Below are positions 30,626 to 40,139 of a DNA stretch of 64,000 nt, piece by piece (position 1 is the first letter of the stretch; each line of letters opens with the position of its first letter). The DNA is from Alphaproteobacteria bacterium. GTDB taxonomy: Bacteria; Pseudomonadota; Alphaproteobacteria; SP197. A program made the position numbers and the translations under genes. The stretch lies in NCBI GenBank assembly GCA_964291265.2, contig OZ219747.1, forward strand, positions 3,552,001 to 3,616,000, given 5' to 3'. The notes below the pieces were generated by a model. The model saw only the letters and a program-made list of their open reading frames with translations, ran no database searches and had not been told where the DNA came from.

Positions 30626-31366
30626 TTACCTGGTTCGAGGTCCGGTTCGCGAAGGCGTGTGCATGTCGGTGTCGTAAGCCTTTGCCTGGGGCACGGCGCC
30701 GATTCGTCGGGCGGTAGCCTTCCATTGTGGTCCGTGGCCGGCTTCCCGTCCGACCATCGCGTGAGCAATCTCGTGCAGAACGGTGTCGCGGACGGCCTCG
30801 TCGGAGTCCTCGATTGCGTGATGGCAGGCTATGCGGATGACGCGGTCGTGAAATTGGCAGACACCGAGATAACGGCGCGCTTCGACGAAGGCGAGAGTCC
30901 AGTCCTGGAGACCGTGGGTATCCATCAGGCTGCGCGCCATTGCCGCGACCGCTCGGAGGCGCTCGGCGCCGTCCTGGTGTTGTTGTCCGGTGCCGACACG
31001 CTGGAGCATCCGGTAGGGCACGTTCCAGAGAACGCCGCTGCACCGCAGCTTGGCGCTTTTCGGGTTGAGCTTGACGATCTCGCCCTGCATCCGCTCGCCG
31101 GCGTTGTCGAACGCCGCACGGTCGCCCACCCGCCATGCGGCGCGCTCCTCGACGTGAGGCGTAAGCATGACGGGGCAGCGCGGACTTTCCGTCGCAGTGA
31201 GCATGGACTCCGGGACCTTCCAGATACGGTTTTCGGCGTCGATCACCTGCGCGAAACGGCGCCGGCCCTGGCGTTCAAGGAGATGGCCGTGCAGGGTTGC
31301 CTGGCGGCGGCTGAAGGAGACGGCGTCGCCGATCCGGAGCGTGCGTTCGGGGAGGATGTCGGTCAT
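30626..31366 (-). CDS. SprT-like zinc metalloprotease with two N-terminal SH3/KOW-like repeats
   Basis: DTVLHEIAHA...GHG..WK..A..IG; repeats (I/V)GD...F......G.........W.VP..ML. Confidence 0.8.
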   Translation of the reverse strand: MTDILPERTLRIGDAVSFSRRQATLHGHLLERQGRRRFAQVIDAENRIWKVPESMLTATESPRCPVMLTPHVEERAAWRVGDRAAFDNAGERMQGEIVKLNPKSAKLRCSGVLWNVPYRMLQRVGTGQQHQDGAERLRAVAAMARSLMDTHGLQDWTLAFVEARRYLGVCQFHDRVIRIACHHAIEDSDEAVRDTVLHEIAHAMVGREAGHGPQWKATARRIGAVPQAKAYDTDMHTPSRTGPRTR

Positions 31367-31495
31367 TCGGGATGTCCTCGGAGCATGGGGGAAGAGGCCT
31401 TGCCGGGTTCGAGGAACCGTCGCAGCCGCGGGTGATGGAGGATTGTATCGTTGAAGGAAGGTCTCTACTCATCCCTTGTTGGGTTCTGATGGGCC

Positions 31496-32400
31496 TTAGT
31501 GCTCGTTGAGGATGTCTGCGGCCATTCCGTCGAGGGCGATGTGGATGGCGACGTGATGATTGTATCCGAGTGCCTCCATGGAGGTGGGGAAACTTGAGCC
31601 TCGGCGCCATGCTATTGCGTGGGGCATGGTGGGGAAACATCCGGACACCTTGATCTTGACCCTTGTCATCCTGATCTTCTGCTCTCCGGCATGGTTGGTG
31701 AAGCTGACGTCGGGGTCCTTCATGAAGCGCAGGACGGACGTCTCGTGGTTCACGAGACGTTCATGCAGGTTGTGCGCGTCGGACTTCGCGATGCGTCCAT
31801 GTTTTCCTCATCGTCCACGGCGGGATGTCGGGCAGTTCCCTGGCGCCCTGGGTGAGGATGGTGCGGTAGCGCTTGCGCACGGCCCGGCGGTCGGCCTCGT
31901 TCAGGGTCTTGGATGCGCTCTTGTTGACCCTGCGGCAGACCTCGCGCAGCAGGCTTTTCATCAGTCGCGCCCAGCGGTAGCCGTTGGACTCGACGACGAA
32001 GATCATCTCGCGCAGGAGATGGCTGCCGCACAGTTGATGGCGGCACTGATCGTAGCCCATGCAGGCAGCCCAGCAGTCGTGGATCAGGACGCCCTCGTAG
32101 GGCGGGATGATGCCGGTCTCTTCGATCGCCTCCCGGCCGCGCTTGGGGTGCGGGAACTTGCACGTCAGGGTGCCGTCGGTGACGACATGGAGCCATGGGG
32201 TCTTGCCGGCGACCCGGAAGCCGGTCTCGTCGACATGCAGGGCCGGGCGTTGCAGGAGATGGGCCACGGCGGCCTCCTCCCATGATGCGAGCGCATCGTG
32301 AAAGCGCCGGACATAGCCGAGGCAGGTCGCTTCGGAGAGCTTGATGCCGGAGATCGCGTGCACGAGCGAGACCGCACGACGCAGGGGCCCGGGGACGTGC
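31496..32400 (-). mobile_element. IS66-family transposase remnant
   Basis: LHVDETGFRV.GK..WLHV, HPKRG, LIHDCW, HQLC..HLLRE, VLRFM..P.V.FTN..GE..IRM..VK.KVSGCF; frameshifted. Confidence 0.85.
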
Positions 32401-32419
32401 CCGACATCAGGCCTGTCCG

Positions 32420-32870
32420 TTGGGGGATCTCGGCCCGGTCTCGCTCGAACCGGTGGGCGGCGTCGACGACCGCCGGCTCTGGGAGGCGATGATGGCGACC
32501 CCCCAACCGCCGGGATGGGTGCGGCCAGATGCGCCAATGGATCCGCTCGAGGCGCCACGGGGATCGGCTTCGGGTCCGCGACCTGGCAGCTCAGGCCGCG
32601 GGACAAGCGAATCAAATGGTCCGCCGATGTCCGTGCCGCCAACATCGGGCGCGTGATCTGCCATCATCGACATCTCCTGCTTCCCGGCATCCGGGTCTAC
32701 GGTCTGGCATCCCAGGCCCTGAGCATGGCGGCGGAGTGCGTCGCCGACGACTGGGAGACCCGCTATGCCGCGCGCCCTGTGGCGGCCTGGACTCATGGCG
32801 GCGCGGGGCGGACCAGCCGGCGCCGGGGCAAGGTTGGCACGGTGCGGGGCTTGGCCCTGGATGAGCGACC
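32420..32870 (+). pseudogene. DUF4338 (IS4-associated, DruA-like) domain remnant
   Basis: IGFGSA.WQL..RD..I.WS...R..N...V....R.L.LPG.RV..LAS..L.......DW..RY...P. Confidence 0.6.
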
Positions 32871-32908
32871 GGTGGCCGGGTCGCTTGTGAACGCGGCTGT
32901 GTCATGGT

Positions 32909-33077
32909 TTCGGACATCCTGACCTCGGTCCATGTCAGGTGAGACGATCTTGGAGTGTTGCGCCATCGCCGGGGAGATCAACAGCGTCTGCGTGGCCGCT
33001 GCGGTGCACCAGGGACCGTCTTGCCCCTGGTGGCCTTCAGGAACTTCATCACATGGTAGACGCCTTCGCGCGAGACA
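32909..33077 (-). repeat. About 170-bp repeat, copy B (inverted relative to 28847-29019)
   Basis: Reverse complement aligns with copy A, with scattered substitutions. Confidence 0.75.
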
Positions 33078-33505
33078 TTGAAGGCCTGGCCAGATCGACA
33101 TAGATCAACATCGGTGACCGTGTGGAACCTGGCGACGCGCAGGGCCTGTCGACGGGTGTTATGATGGCAAGCATGGCAGTCGAAGGGCTCGAGGTTGGTG
33201 AGGTAGCATGCCTGATTGTCGATGACGGCCCATGAGAATAATGCTGCGATCGATATGGCATCGGCTCCCTTGGAGTGGCAGGGAGGGTGTCATGTCAGAC
33301 CACAGACCACAAACGGAGCATGTGATGTTGGACGCACCGATCGCCACATGCCAAGCGGCGTGCGCATTGAAACAGCCAGAAACACAGGAAAACAATGGAT
33401 TTCCTGACGGGACCGAGCCGCCTTCTCAGGAGATCGGATCAGAATGTCCGAGCTCAATCCGGCTTCGTGGTTCCTTCGTATGAGGCAGGCTGTGGGAACT
33501 GTATT

Positions 33506-33973
33506 TTGACAGCAAGGGGCCTCCTCATCATCGGCCACGTTCCTTCTCCGAACACGCGGCGTCTGCGCGATTCCGTGCTGGAAGGCGCCCTGGCAGCTGA
33601 TGCTGAATCGGTCGCCGTGGACGCCCGGTCACCGTTCGAGACCACGCCTGACGACGTCAAGGCCGCCGCCGCCCTGGTGCTCGGCACGACAGAGAACCTG
33701 GGATATATGTCGGGCGCGCTGAAGGACTTCTTTGATCGCTGCTACTACCCATGCCTCGAGGAAACCCGGGCAAAGCCCTATGCTCTCTACATCCGCGCCG
33801 GCCTCGACGGCACGGGGACAAGGCGTGCCGTGGAGAGCATTGCCGGTGGCCTTGGCTGGCGCGCCGTCAGCGAACCCCTGCTGCTGAAGGGTGAATGGCA
33901 GGATGGCTTTGCCGGAGAGGCGCACGAACTCGGCATGCTGATGGCCGCCGGCCTCGATGCCGGCATCTTCTGA
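33506..33973 (+). CDS. Flavodoxin-family protein
   Basis: PSPNT, LGTTENLGYMSGALKDFFDR, AG.DGTG; start uncertain (TTG 33506). Confidence 0.85.
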   Translation: MTARGLLIIGHVPSPNTRRLRDSVLEGALAADAESVAVDARSPFETTPDDVKAAAALVLGTTENLGYMSGALKDFFDRCYYPCLEETRAKPYALYIRAGLDGTGTRRAVESIAGGLGWRAVSEPLLLKGEWQDGFAGEAHELGMLMAAGLDAGIF

Positions 33974-33985
33974 AGGAGCGGTCAC

Positions 33986-35134
33986 ATGCGCAACCCGCAA
34001 CTCGAAGTCGGCCACGACAATCTCGCCTGGTGGAACCGGGCAGAAAACCGGCGCCACGGCTTCCGCAACTTCCACAGACTGAACCGTCGCGGCCTTGCCC
34101 TTCGTTCCGGCCATGTCCTGGTACTGCGGGACCGTCACCATCCGGCGATCGCCGGAAGGAGCGACGTTGCCCGGCTGACGGCCCTGCCCTCCTTCAGCGC
34201 CTTGGTGGTGGCGCAAGGCAGGGATGTCCTTTTCGAAGCCCATGCGGCCGACTGTGGCCCCGATACCCTTCATTCCATGCAGTCGATCACCAAGACCCAT
34301 CTCAATCTCGTGTTCGGCCGCCTCATCGCGTCCGGCAGGGTTGACCCCGGACAGACGGTGGAGAGGTGGATTCCCGAGGTCGGCAGCGGTTATCGCGGGG
34401 TAACTCTTCAACAGGTTCTCGACATGAACGTGCCACTCGCCTTCGACGAAGACTATGCGGCAGCGTGGAATCCCCCACCAGGACCCGGAGAACGGCCTGG
34501 CTATGGCCAGGAAGAGGTTGCCATGGGATGGCGCCTTCCACCCCCGGGAAGAGAAGAGTTCGGTGTCAGGGGATTCGCCCTCGCCCTCGAGAAGGACACG
34601 GATGACACCCCCGGTGACCGTGCCCGCTACTCCTCTCCGAACACGGATCTGGCGGGATGGATTGCCGAACGCGCCGCCGGCTGCAGTCTCTTCGAGCTCA
34701 TCTCCACGAACATCGAGGGCGCCGGTCTGGAAGCGACGTTCTTCGTCTCCCTCGACTGCGCCTTTGTTCCCGTGCTGAGCGGAGGGGGCGCCATGACGGC
34801 GCGGGACATGGCGCGATACGGGTTGCTGTTCGCCCGCAAGGGTATGGGTGTCATGGGAGAGGCCGCAGGAGATGCCGGGTTCATCGAGCACACGCGCACC
34901 CGGCAGGGGGTGCCCTTCGAGGGGTCATGGCCAGGGCTTTCCTACAGCAACCACATGTTTACCGATGGCACCTGGATCGGTCATGGCGGTTATGCCGGGC
35001 AGTTCCTCATGATACGGCCCGACAAGGACGCCGCCGCCGCATGGTTCAGCGTCGTCGACAGTGTCTACGGCGACGCCGAAGACCAGTTTTCCCGTGTCAT
35101 CGCCATGCTCTCGGACGTTCTGGAGAACCTGTAG
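33986..35134 (+). CDS. Serine hydrolase, beta-lactamase fold (NylB/6-aminohexanoate-dimer hydrolase-like)
   Basis: SITK (SxxK), Y.S.NTD..GW..ER, ARD.ARYG, G.GYAGQ. Confidence 0.85.
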   Translation: MRNPQLEVGHDNLAWWNRAENRRHGFRNFHRLNRRGLALRSGHVLVLRDRHHPAIAGRSDVARLTALPSFSALVVAQGRDVLFEAHAADCGPDTLHSMQSITKTHLNLVFGRLIASGRVDPGQTVERWIPEVGSGYRGVTLQQVLDMNVPLAFDEDYAAAWNPPPGPGERPGYGQEEVAMGWRLPPPGREEFGVRGFALALEKDTDDTPGDRARYSSPNTDLAGWIAERAAGCSLFELISTNIEGAGLEATFFVSLDCAFVPVLSGGGAMTARDMARYGLLFARKGMGVMGEAAGDAGFIEHTRTRQGVPFEGSWPGLSYSNHMFTDGTWIGHGGYAGQFLMIRPDKDAAAAWFSVVDSVYGDAEDQFSRVIAMLSDVLENL

Positions 35135-35388
35135 GCATCAGCACGTTCGATGACTCACGCCCGGCCAGCCGGCTGATGTCCGGCAGACGGCAGGGAAGAA
35201 GAGGGTCGACGCCGGAATCCTGCCATGGCGGAGCGCACCTTCTTGCGGCGCTCGGCATGCTCTCGGGTGAAGACGGCAGTTGCCCATCGATCCGATCACG
35301 CAGGCATGTCTTGAGTTCCGCAATGTGCGCCCTTCCCGGTCCGGCGGGACCCGAAGGCGAAAACCCGCAACCGGGCGTCCGGGTCGAC

Positions 35389-36153
35389 TCATGGTTCGGC
35401 GGCGCCCTCTTCGACGGGGTTGCCGCCTGCGGCAGCCGATGCGTGAAAGACACGGTCGAAGGCGGTGTCGAGGCGTTCACGATCGGTCGAGCGAAGTACG
35501 ATGCTGGTGCCGAAGGTTGCACCATCGCGCCATGGGTAACTCCCCATGTCGACATCGGGGAAGTCCCGCTGGAGCGTACCGAGAGCTCCGGCAATGGTTC
35601 CCTCTCCACAATGGACCCTGATGGCACGGGACAGAATGCGTGGCCCTCCGCGCAATCCGGAACTCGCCGCCCGAAACATGGCCTTCGCGATCTCCGGCAC
35701 ACCGGCCATCACGATGACATTGCCAATCTGGAAACCGGGCGCCATGCTCACCTCGTTGTCGATGAGCCGGGCGCCGTCGGGGATGCGGGCCATGCGCAGG
35801 CGGGCCTCGTTGGGCTCCATCCCCTGTTTGCGGAAGTGTGCCACAAGCGTATCCCGAACCTCGGGATGAATGCTGATACCGACGCCGAACGCTGCCGCGA
35901 TACTGTCGGCGGTGATGTCATCATGGGTGGGACCAATGCCACCGGTGGTGAAGACATAGGTATGTCGGTGGCGCAGTTGGTTGACAGCCGTAACGATCTC
36001 GTCCTCCACATCGCCCACCACCCTCACCTCCTTCAGTCGAATGCCGAGACCGGTGAGACTCTCTGCCAGGAAGGCGATATTGGCATCTCGGGTGCGCCCG
36101 GACAGGATTTCGTTGCCGATGACCACCACGGCAGCGGTAACGGTCTTGCTCAT
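35389..36153 (-). CDS. CinA-like / molybdopterin-binding domain protein
   Basis: IGNEILSGRT.D.N, TTGGIGPTHDDIT, MAGVP, GSYP. Confidence 0.88.
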   Translation of the reverse strand: MSKTVTAAVVVIGNEILSGRTRDANIAFLAESLTGLGIRLKEVRVVGDVEDEIVTAVNQLRHRHTYVFTTGGIGPTHDDITADSIAAAFGVGISIHPEVRDTLVAHFRKQGMEPNEARLRMARIPDGARLIDNEVSMAPGFQIGNVIVMAGVPEIAKAMFRAASSGLRGGPRILSRAIRVHCGEGTIAGALGTLQRDFPDVDMGSYPWRDGATFGTSIVLRSTDRERLDTAFDRVFHASAAAGGNPVEEGAAEP

Positions 36154-36357
36154 CAAGGACTCCCCACCGGGCACCGCCCGAAGTGTGGCCCGCAAGATAT
36201 CTGATATGCAAACACTCCGCACGCAGCCCGGAGCGACTTCATGACAGGCGTGATGAGACCCGAAGACGGTCCAGGTGCCACGCACCCGGGAGGCCGCGTT
36301 TGCGGACAGGTGAAGCACGGCTATATTCGCCCAACTCTGGAGCACACGGAACTGAAC

Positions 36358-37020
36358 ATGACCACCGCCTTGCGACGAGCGGAACCCCGGGCCGACCCCC
36401 ACGCCTACCGACTGGTGCTGCGCTTCGCTCTTCTCAACATCGTCGCCGGCGCGCTACTCGTGGCAGGCGAGGCCAACGGCCTTGTCAGCCGGGCGATCGA
36501 GGCCGATTCGACCTCCTTTGTCCTGGTCATCGTGGTCGTGTTCCTCGTCGGCCTTGGCCTCGCGCTGCAGCGGGTGGTGTGGACCAGCCGTGAACTCAAC
36601 CAGGCAAGACGAGCGGAGCCCGATCGGAGGAGCTGCGCCGCCATTCATGTCGAGCGAACGGCCGACAAGGATGCCGACAGCCGCCAGACTCTGGCCCAGG
36701 CCGTGCGTCTCGAACTCTCGCAGAACATCACCATCATTCGCCATCTCGCCTCGAGTCTCGTGTTCCTCGGCCTCATCGGTACCGTTCTTGGCTTCATCAT
36801 TGCGCTGTCGGGCGTCGACCCCGACCTCGCCAGCGAGACCGAGAACATCGGTCCGATGGTCTCGGCCCTCATCGCCGGCATGTCCACCGCGCTCGTGACA
36901 ACCCTCGTGGGTGGTCTCCTCAACATCTGGCTCATGGCCAACTACCAGTTGCTCACCACGGGAACGGTACGGCTCATCAACACGATCGTCGAACTGGGTG
37001 AAAGCCGTGCAGGCCCTTGA
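36358..37020 (+). CDS. MotA/TolQ/ExbB ion-channel family protein
   Basis: Four hydrophobic segments; LGLIGTVLGF and GMSTALVTTLVG motifs; start uncertain (36241-36358). Confidence 0.85.
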   Translation: MTTALRRAEPRADPHAYRLVLRFALLNIVAGALLVAGEANGLVSRAIEADSTSFVLVIVVVFLVGLGLALQRVVWTSRELNQARRAEPDRRSCAAIHVERTADKDADSRQTLAQAVRLELSQNITIIRHLASSLVFLGLIGTVLGFIIALSGVDPDLASETENIGPMVSALIAGMSTALVTTLVGGLLNIWLMANYQLLTTGTVRLINTIVELGESRAGP

Positions 37021-37612
37021 TCCGCTCGATGACGATGCTGCTGCCACCGTCTTTCGCGACGTCATCCTGCTTGCCCTCCTGGGGTTCGTCGCCCTAGTGA
37101 TCCTGTTGCTGCCGCACGTCAATCCACCGGAAAAGAAGACATCGGATCTGATGACCCCAGGCAACGTGATCGTCGAGATCAAGTGGCCAGAGAGCATCGA
37201 TGCCGATGTCGACCTGTGGGTCAGGGCTCCAGGCGATGGCGCCGTGGGCTGGTCGCAGCGCGGCGGCGCCATCTTCGACCTGCTGCGAGACGATCTCGGC
37301 TATCTCAACGATCTCACCGCAGCCAATCACGAGATGGCCTATTCCCGGGGCGTTCCGCATGGCGAGTATGTCGTCAACGTGCATATGTACCGCAACGACA
37401 CCGAAGTCTGGCCGGTCCCTGTCTATGTCATCGTCAGCGTCAAGCTCGACATCGACAAGCCCGCCCGCCAGATCCTCCTCGGCAAGGTCGATCTTGTGCG
37501 TGTCGATCAGGAAGAAACCGTCTATCGCTTCAATCTGAACGAGGCGGGGGGGCTGTTGCCGCATACCGTCAACAATCTCTACACCTCCCTCTTCGACAGC
37601 CAGCGGTTGTGA
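37007..37612 (+). CDS. Single-TM protein with Asp at the TM start (MotB/ExbD-like) and a YfaP/DUF2135-like beta domain
   Basis: VFRDVILLALLGFVALVILLLP, then W.....DVDLWV..P, LRDDLG, N.E, GEYVVNVH.Y; overlaps the upstream stop. Confidence 0.7.
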   Translation: MQALDPLDDDAAATVFRDVILLALLGFVALVILLLPHVNPPEKKTSDLMTPGNVIVEIKWPESIDADVDLWVRAPGDGAVGWSQRGGAIFDLLRDDLGYLNDLTAANHEMAYSRGVPHGEYVVNVHMYRNDTEVWPVPVYVIVSVKLDIDKPARQILLGKVDLVRVDQEETVYRFNLNEAGGLLPHTVNNLYTSLFDSQRL

Positions 37613-38136
37613 GCGTGTCGCTCGTCGCCATCAGCTTCATCGTCTGCTTCATGCTGGCTGCCGTCGCCGGCTGGGCGGCGGTCACGTCGGCTGGACGCCT
37701 GTCCCGCAAGATTGCCGCGCTGGTAGCCCTCGCCTTCCTCGTGCCCGCCGGCTATGGATCCATCAGTGAACTGCTCGGAAGGCCCAAGCCGGCGAGCGGT
37801 GCCTGGCTGGAAGATTTCACCACCTATCACACGGTGATCGCCTGGAAGATTCTCGAGGACAAGGCGATCTACCTGTGGCTCGAGATGCCCGATGGCAGGG
37901 AACCGAGAGTGTTCGCCTTCCCCTACGATACGGCGACGGTTGCGCGGCTGCAGAAGGCCGGCGAGAGAGCGAAATCACTGGCCAGCAAACTTCTGGCCCG
38001 CCTGGAGGAGAGCGGACCGGGGGGCACCACACGGCTTGAGTTCACCAGTCAGACTGAGTTCCGCCGCACACTCCCCACCAAGCCCGACCCGGACGACGAG
38101 GATGTCTTCGAACTCGACAAGAAGTCCGGGACTTAG
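37609..38136 (+). CDS. Hypothetical membrane protein (2 TM plus soluble domain)
   Basis: GTGA overlap with the upstream gene; LLGRPKP, E.KAIYLWL, EPR...FPY. Confidence 0.7.
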   Translation: MSVSLVAISFIVCFMLAAVAGWAAVTSAGRLSRKIAALVALAFLVPAGYGSISELLGRPKPASGAWLEDFTTYHTVIAWKILEDKAIYLWLEMPDGREPRVFAFPYDTATVARLQKAGERAKSLASKLLARLEESGPGGTTRLEFTSQTEFRRTLPTKPDPDDEDVFELDKKSGT

Positions 38137-38402
38137 GTGCTCCAGCGTCCTGCCTCGGCAGGCCGGACAACTTGACATTCACACTCATGGCATGGCCCCG
38201 GGGGAACTCCCCTGTCCGGGAGTTCGTCAACGCCGCCGACAAGCCGGTTGCCGGTCGAGCCGATGGCTCCGTATGGAAGCGATGCCGACGCCTCCGGGCA
38301 CGCCGGGCGCACCCCCCTGCAGTCGGTGGGTGAACGCTTGCGCAAGCATGCGGAAGGACAGAATTCCGTCGGGTGCTCGATGGCCGTTGAAAGGAACGAT
38401 CG

Positions 38403-39476
38403 ATGCGACTCCTCGTGGCCGGAGGGACCGGGTTCGTCATGAGTCATGTCGTGCGGACCTGGCTCGAACGCCATCCCCCGGCGTCCATCGTTTCCGTCGA
38501 CATTGCTCCGCCCGATTCCCTTGCGCAGCGCTTTTTCGAGTCCGTCCGGGAACGGCTGACGATGATCACCGGTGACGTACGCGATTCGCGCCTGCTCGAC
38601 ACGATACCCGGGAAGGAGTCGATGACCCATGTCGTGTGCGGCGCAGCCATGACACCCTCGGTCGGCACCACCGAGAAATCACGGTCGGCGATGATCGCGG
38701 GCGTCAACATCATGGGCCCGGTCAACTGCCTCGAGTTCGCGCGCGCCCTGCCCCGCCTCGAGCGCATGCTCCACATCTCCACGGGCAGCGTGTACGGTGA
38801 CGACGGCCCCGAAGACGGCAGACCGCTTCCCGAGGACGGCTATGTTCGCCCGTTTCCCGCCACGCTCTATCCCATCACCAAGCTCTCCGGCGAGATGCTG
38901 GCCAGACGCTGGCAGGAGATGTTCGGACTGCCCCTTCACATCGTGCGTCTGGCCAGCGTCTACGGACCGATGGACCGCCCGACGCCGGGACGCGCCTTTG
39001 CCTGCGCGCCCAACGTGATGATGCACAAGGCCCTGCGCGGCGAGTCCTGGAGCGTTGCGGGCACCGATGGCGTCGGCGATTACATCCACGCTGCCGATGT
39101 GGCCGGCGCAATCTGCGACCTGCTTGCGGCCCCCGCCCTTCGTCACGACGTCTACAACATCGCTTCCGGTGTGCCGACCACGCTGGGTGCACTCGCCCGC
39201 CTCGTATGCTCGGTCGTGCCCGGCGCCACCTGGCACGAGGCCACCCCGGGTGAACCCGCCGATGTCGTCGGCTGTTCGGCCCGGAAGACCGGCGCCTGGG
39301 GCGCCTACGACATTGCGCGCATCCTCGCTGATGTTCAGTGGCGCCCGAGACCGCTCCGTCAGGGCCTTTCCGACTACGCGGCATGGATCACCGACAACGA
39401 AACGGTCAGATCGCGCCCGCCCGGCACGGCCCCCGGTCCATTTGACCAGGAGGCATCAAGGGGATCGTCGACATGA
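38403..39476 (+). CDS. NAD-dependent epimerase/dehydratase (extended SDR)
   Basis: GGTGFV, ISTGSVYG, YPITK (YxxxK), VYGP, DYIH..DVA. Confidence 0.88.
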   Translation: MRLLVAGGTGFVMSHVVRTWLERHPPASIVSVDIAPPDSLAQRFFESVRERLTMITGDVRDSRLLDTIPGKESMTHVVCGAAMTPSVGTTEKSRSAMIAGVNIMGPVNCLEFARALPRLERMLHISTGSVYGDDGPEDGRPLPEDGYVRPFPATLYPITKLSGEMLARRWQEMFGLPLHIVRLASVYGPMDRPTPGRAFACAPNVMMHKALRGESWSVAGTDGVGDYIHAADVAGAICDLLAAPALRHDVYNIASGVPTTLGALARLVCSVVPGATWHEATPGEPADVVGCSARKTGAWGAYDIARILADVQWRPRPLRQGLSDYAAWITDNETVRSRPPGTAPGPFDQEASRGSST

Positions 39477-40139
39477 TGTTCCTCCCTTCGACCGCCACGC
39501 TCCGATCTCATGGACGTGACCACGCGTCTACACGGTCCCACTGCACTGCGTGTTCCGTGGTGGCTTCAAGGGAATCAGGATCACTCATGCTGGTGAAGCT
39601 CGGCACAGACCGGGAAGTTGGACCACCCTGAACACCGGAGGGCACATTGAACGGTCGGCATGGCCGAACGTCTTGTGGAGATTCGCACGGAAGCCGGATT
39701 GACGGTCCACCTCGCGCCTCGGCATCATTCCGTGCGCCGTGAGTGCCCCCCCGGACCCTGGTGGCGTTCACGCGCAAATACAGCGCACCCCCTAGCGGTG
39801 TGGAATTTCCGCGTTCTCCGATGCGCGAACCTCCGACTTTTTCCCGAACAGACAAGAGGTTCACCTTGGAAACGGACGTTGCGTCGGAACCCATGCGCCC
39901 GGAGCCGGTGCTCGCCGTGGCGGTCTGGAATGCCGAACGCGACGTCCGGGAGATGTACCTGACGGCGGTGAGCGCAGCGGGGATACGCTGCGGCATCGCG
40001 ATCGAGCCTGCAGGCAAGCTGCGAGGCAACGATTGCTGGTCTGGCAAGGGCCCGTCGGGGAAGGTGTGGCTGCATGTTGAGGGCGGCTTGCCACAGCCGT
40101 GACAGGCGGTTGTGCGCAGACAATCGGGATGGAGGGTGC

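Noticed and set aside
36358-38136. Zorya (ZorAB), flagellar MotAB or TolQR
   Set aside because: There is no long ZorA tail, no OmpA-like domain in the partner, and no zorC/D/E, tolA/B, tonB or flagellar genes nearby
38140-38400. Riboswitch upstream of the epimerase gene
   Set aside because: Only short palindromes were seen, with no match to cobalamin, TPP, SAM or glycine consensus by eye
39480-40135. 660-bp intergenic region as RNase P RNA, tmRNA, 6S or SRP RNA
   Set aside because: It has some hairpins (for example CGCAGCG-GGGATA-CGCTGCG) but no diagnostic motif I could recognise; an Rfam scan is needed
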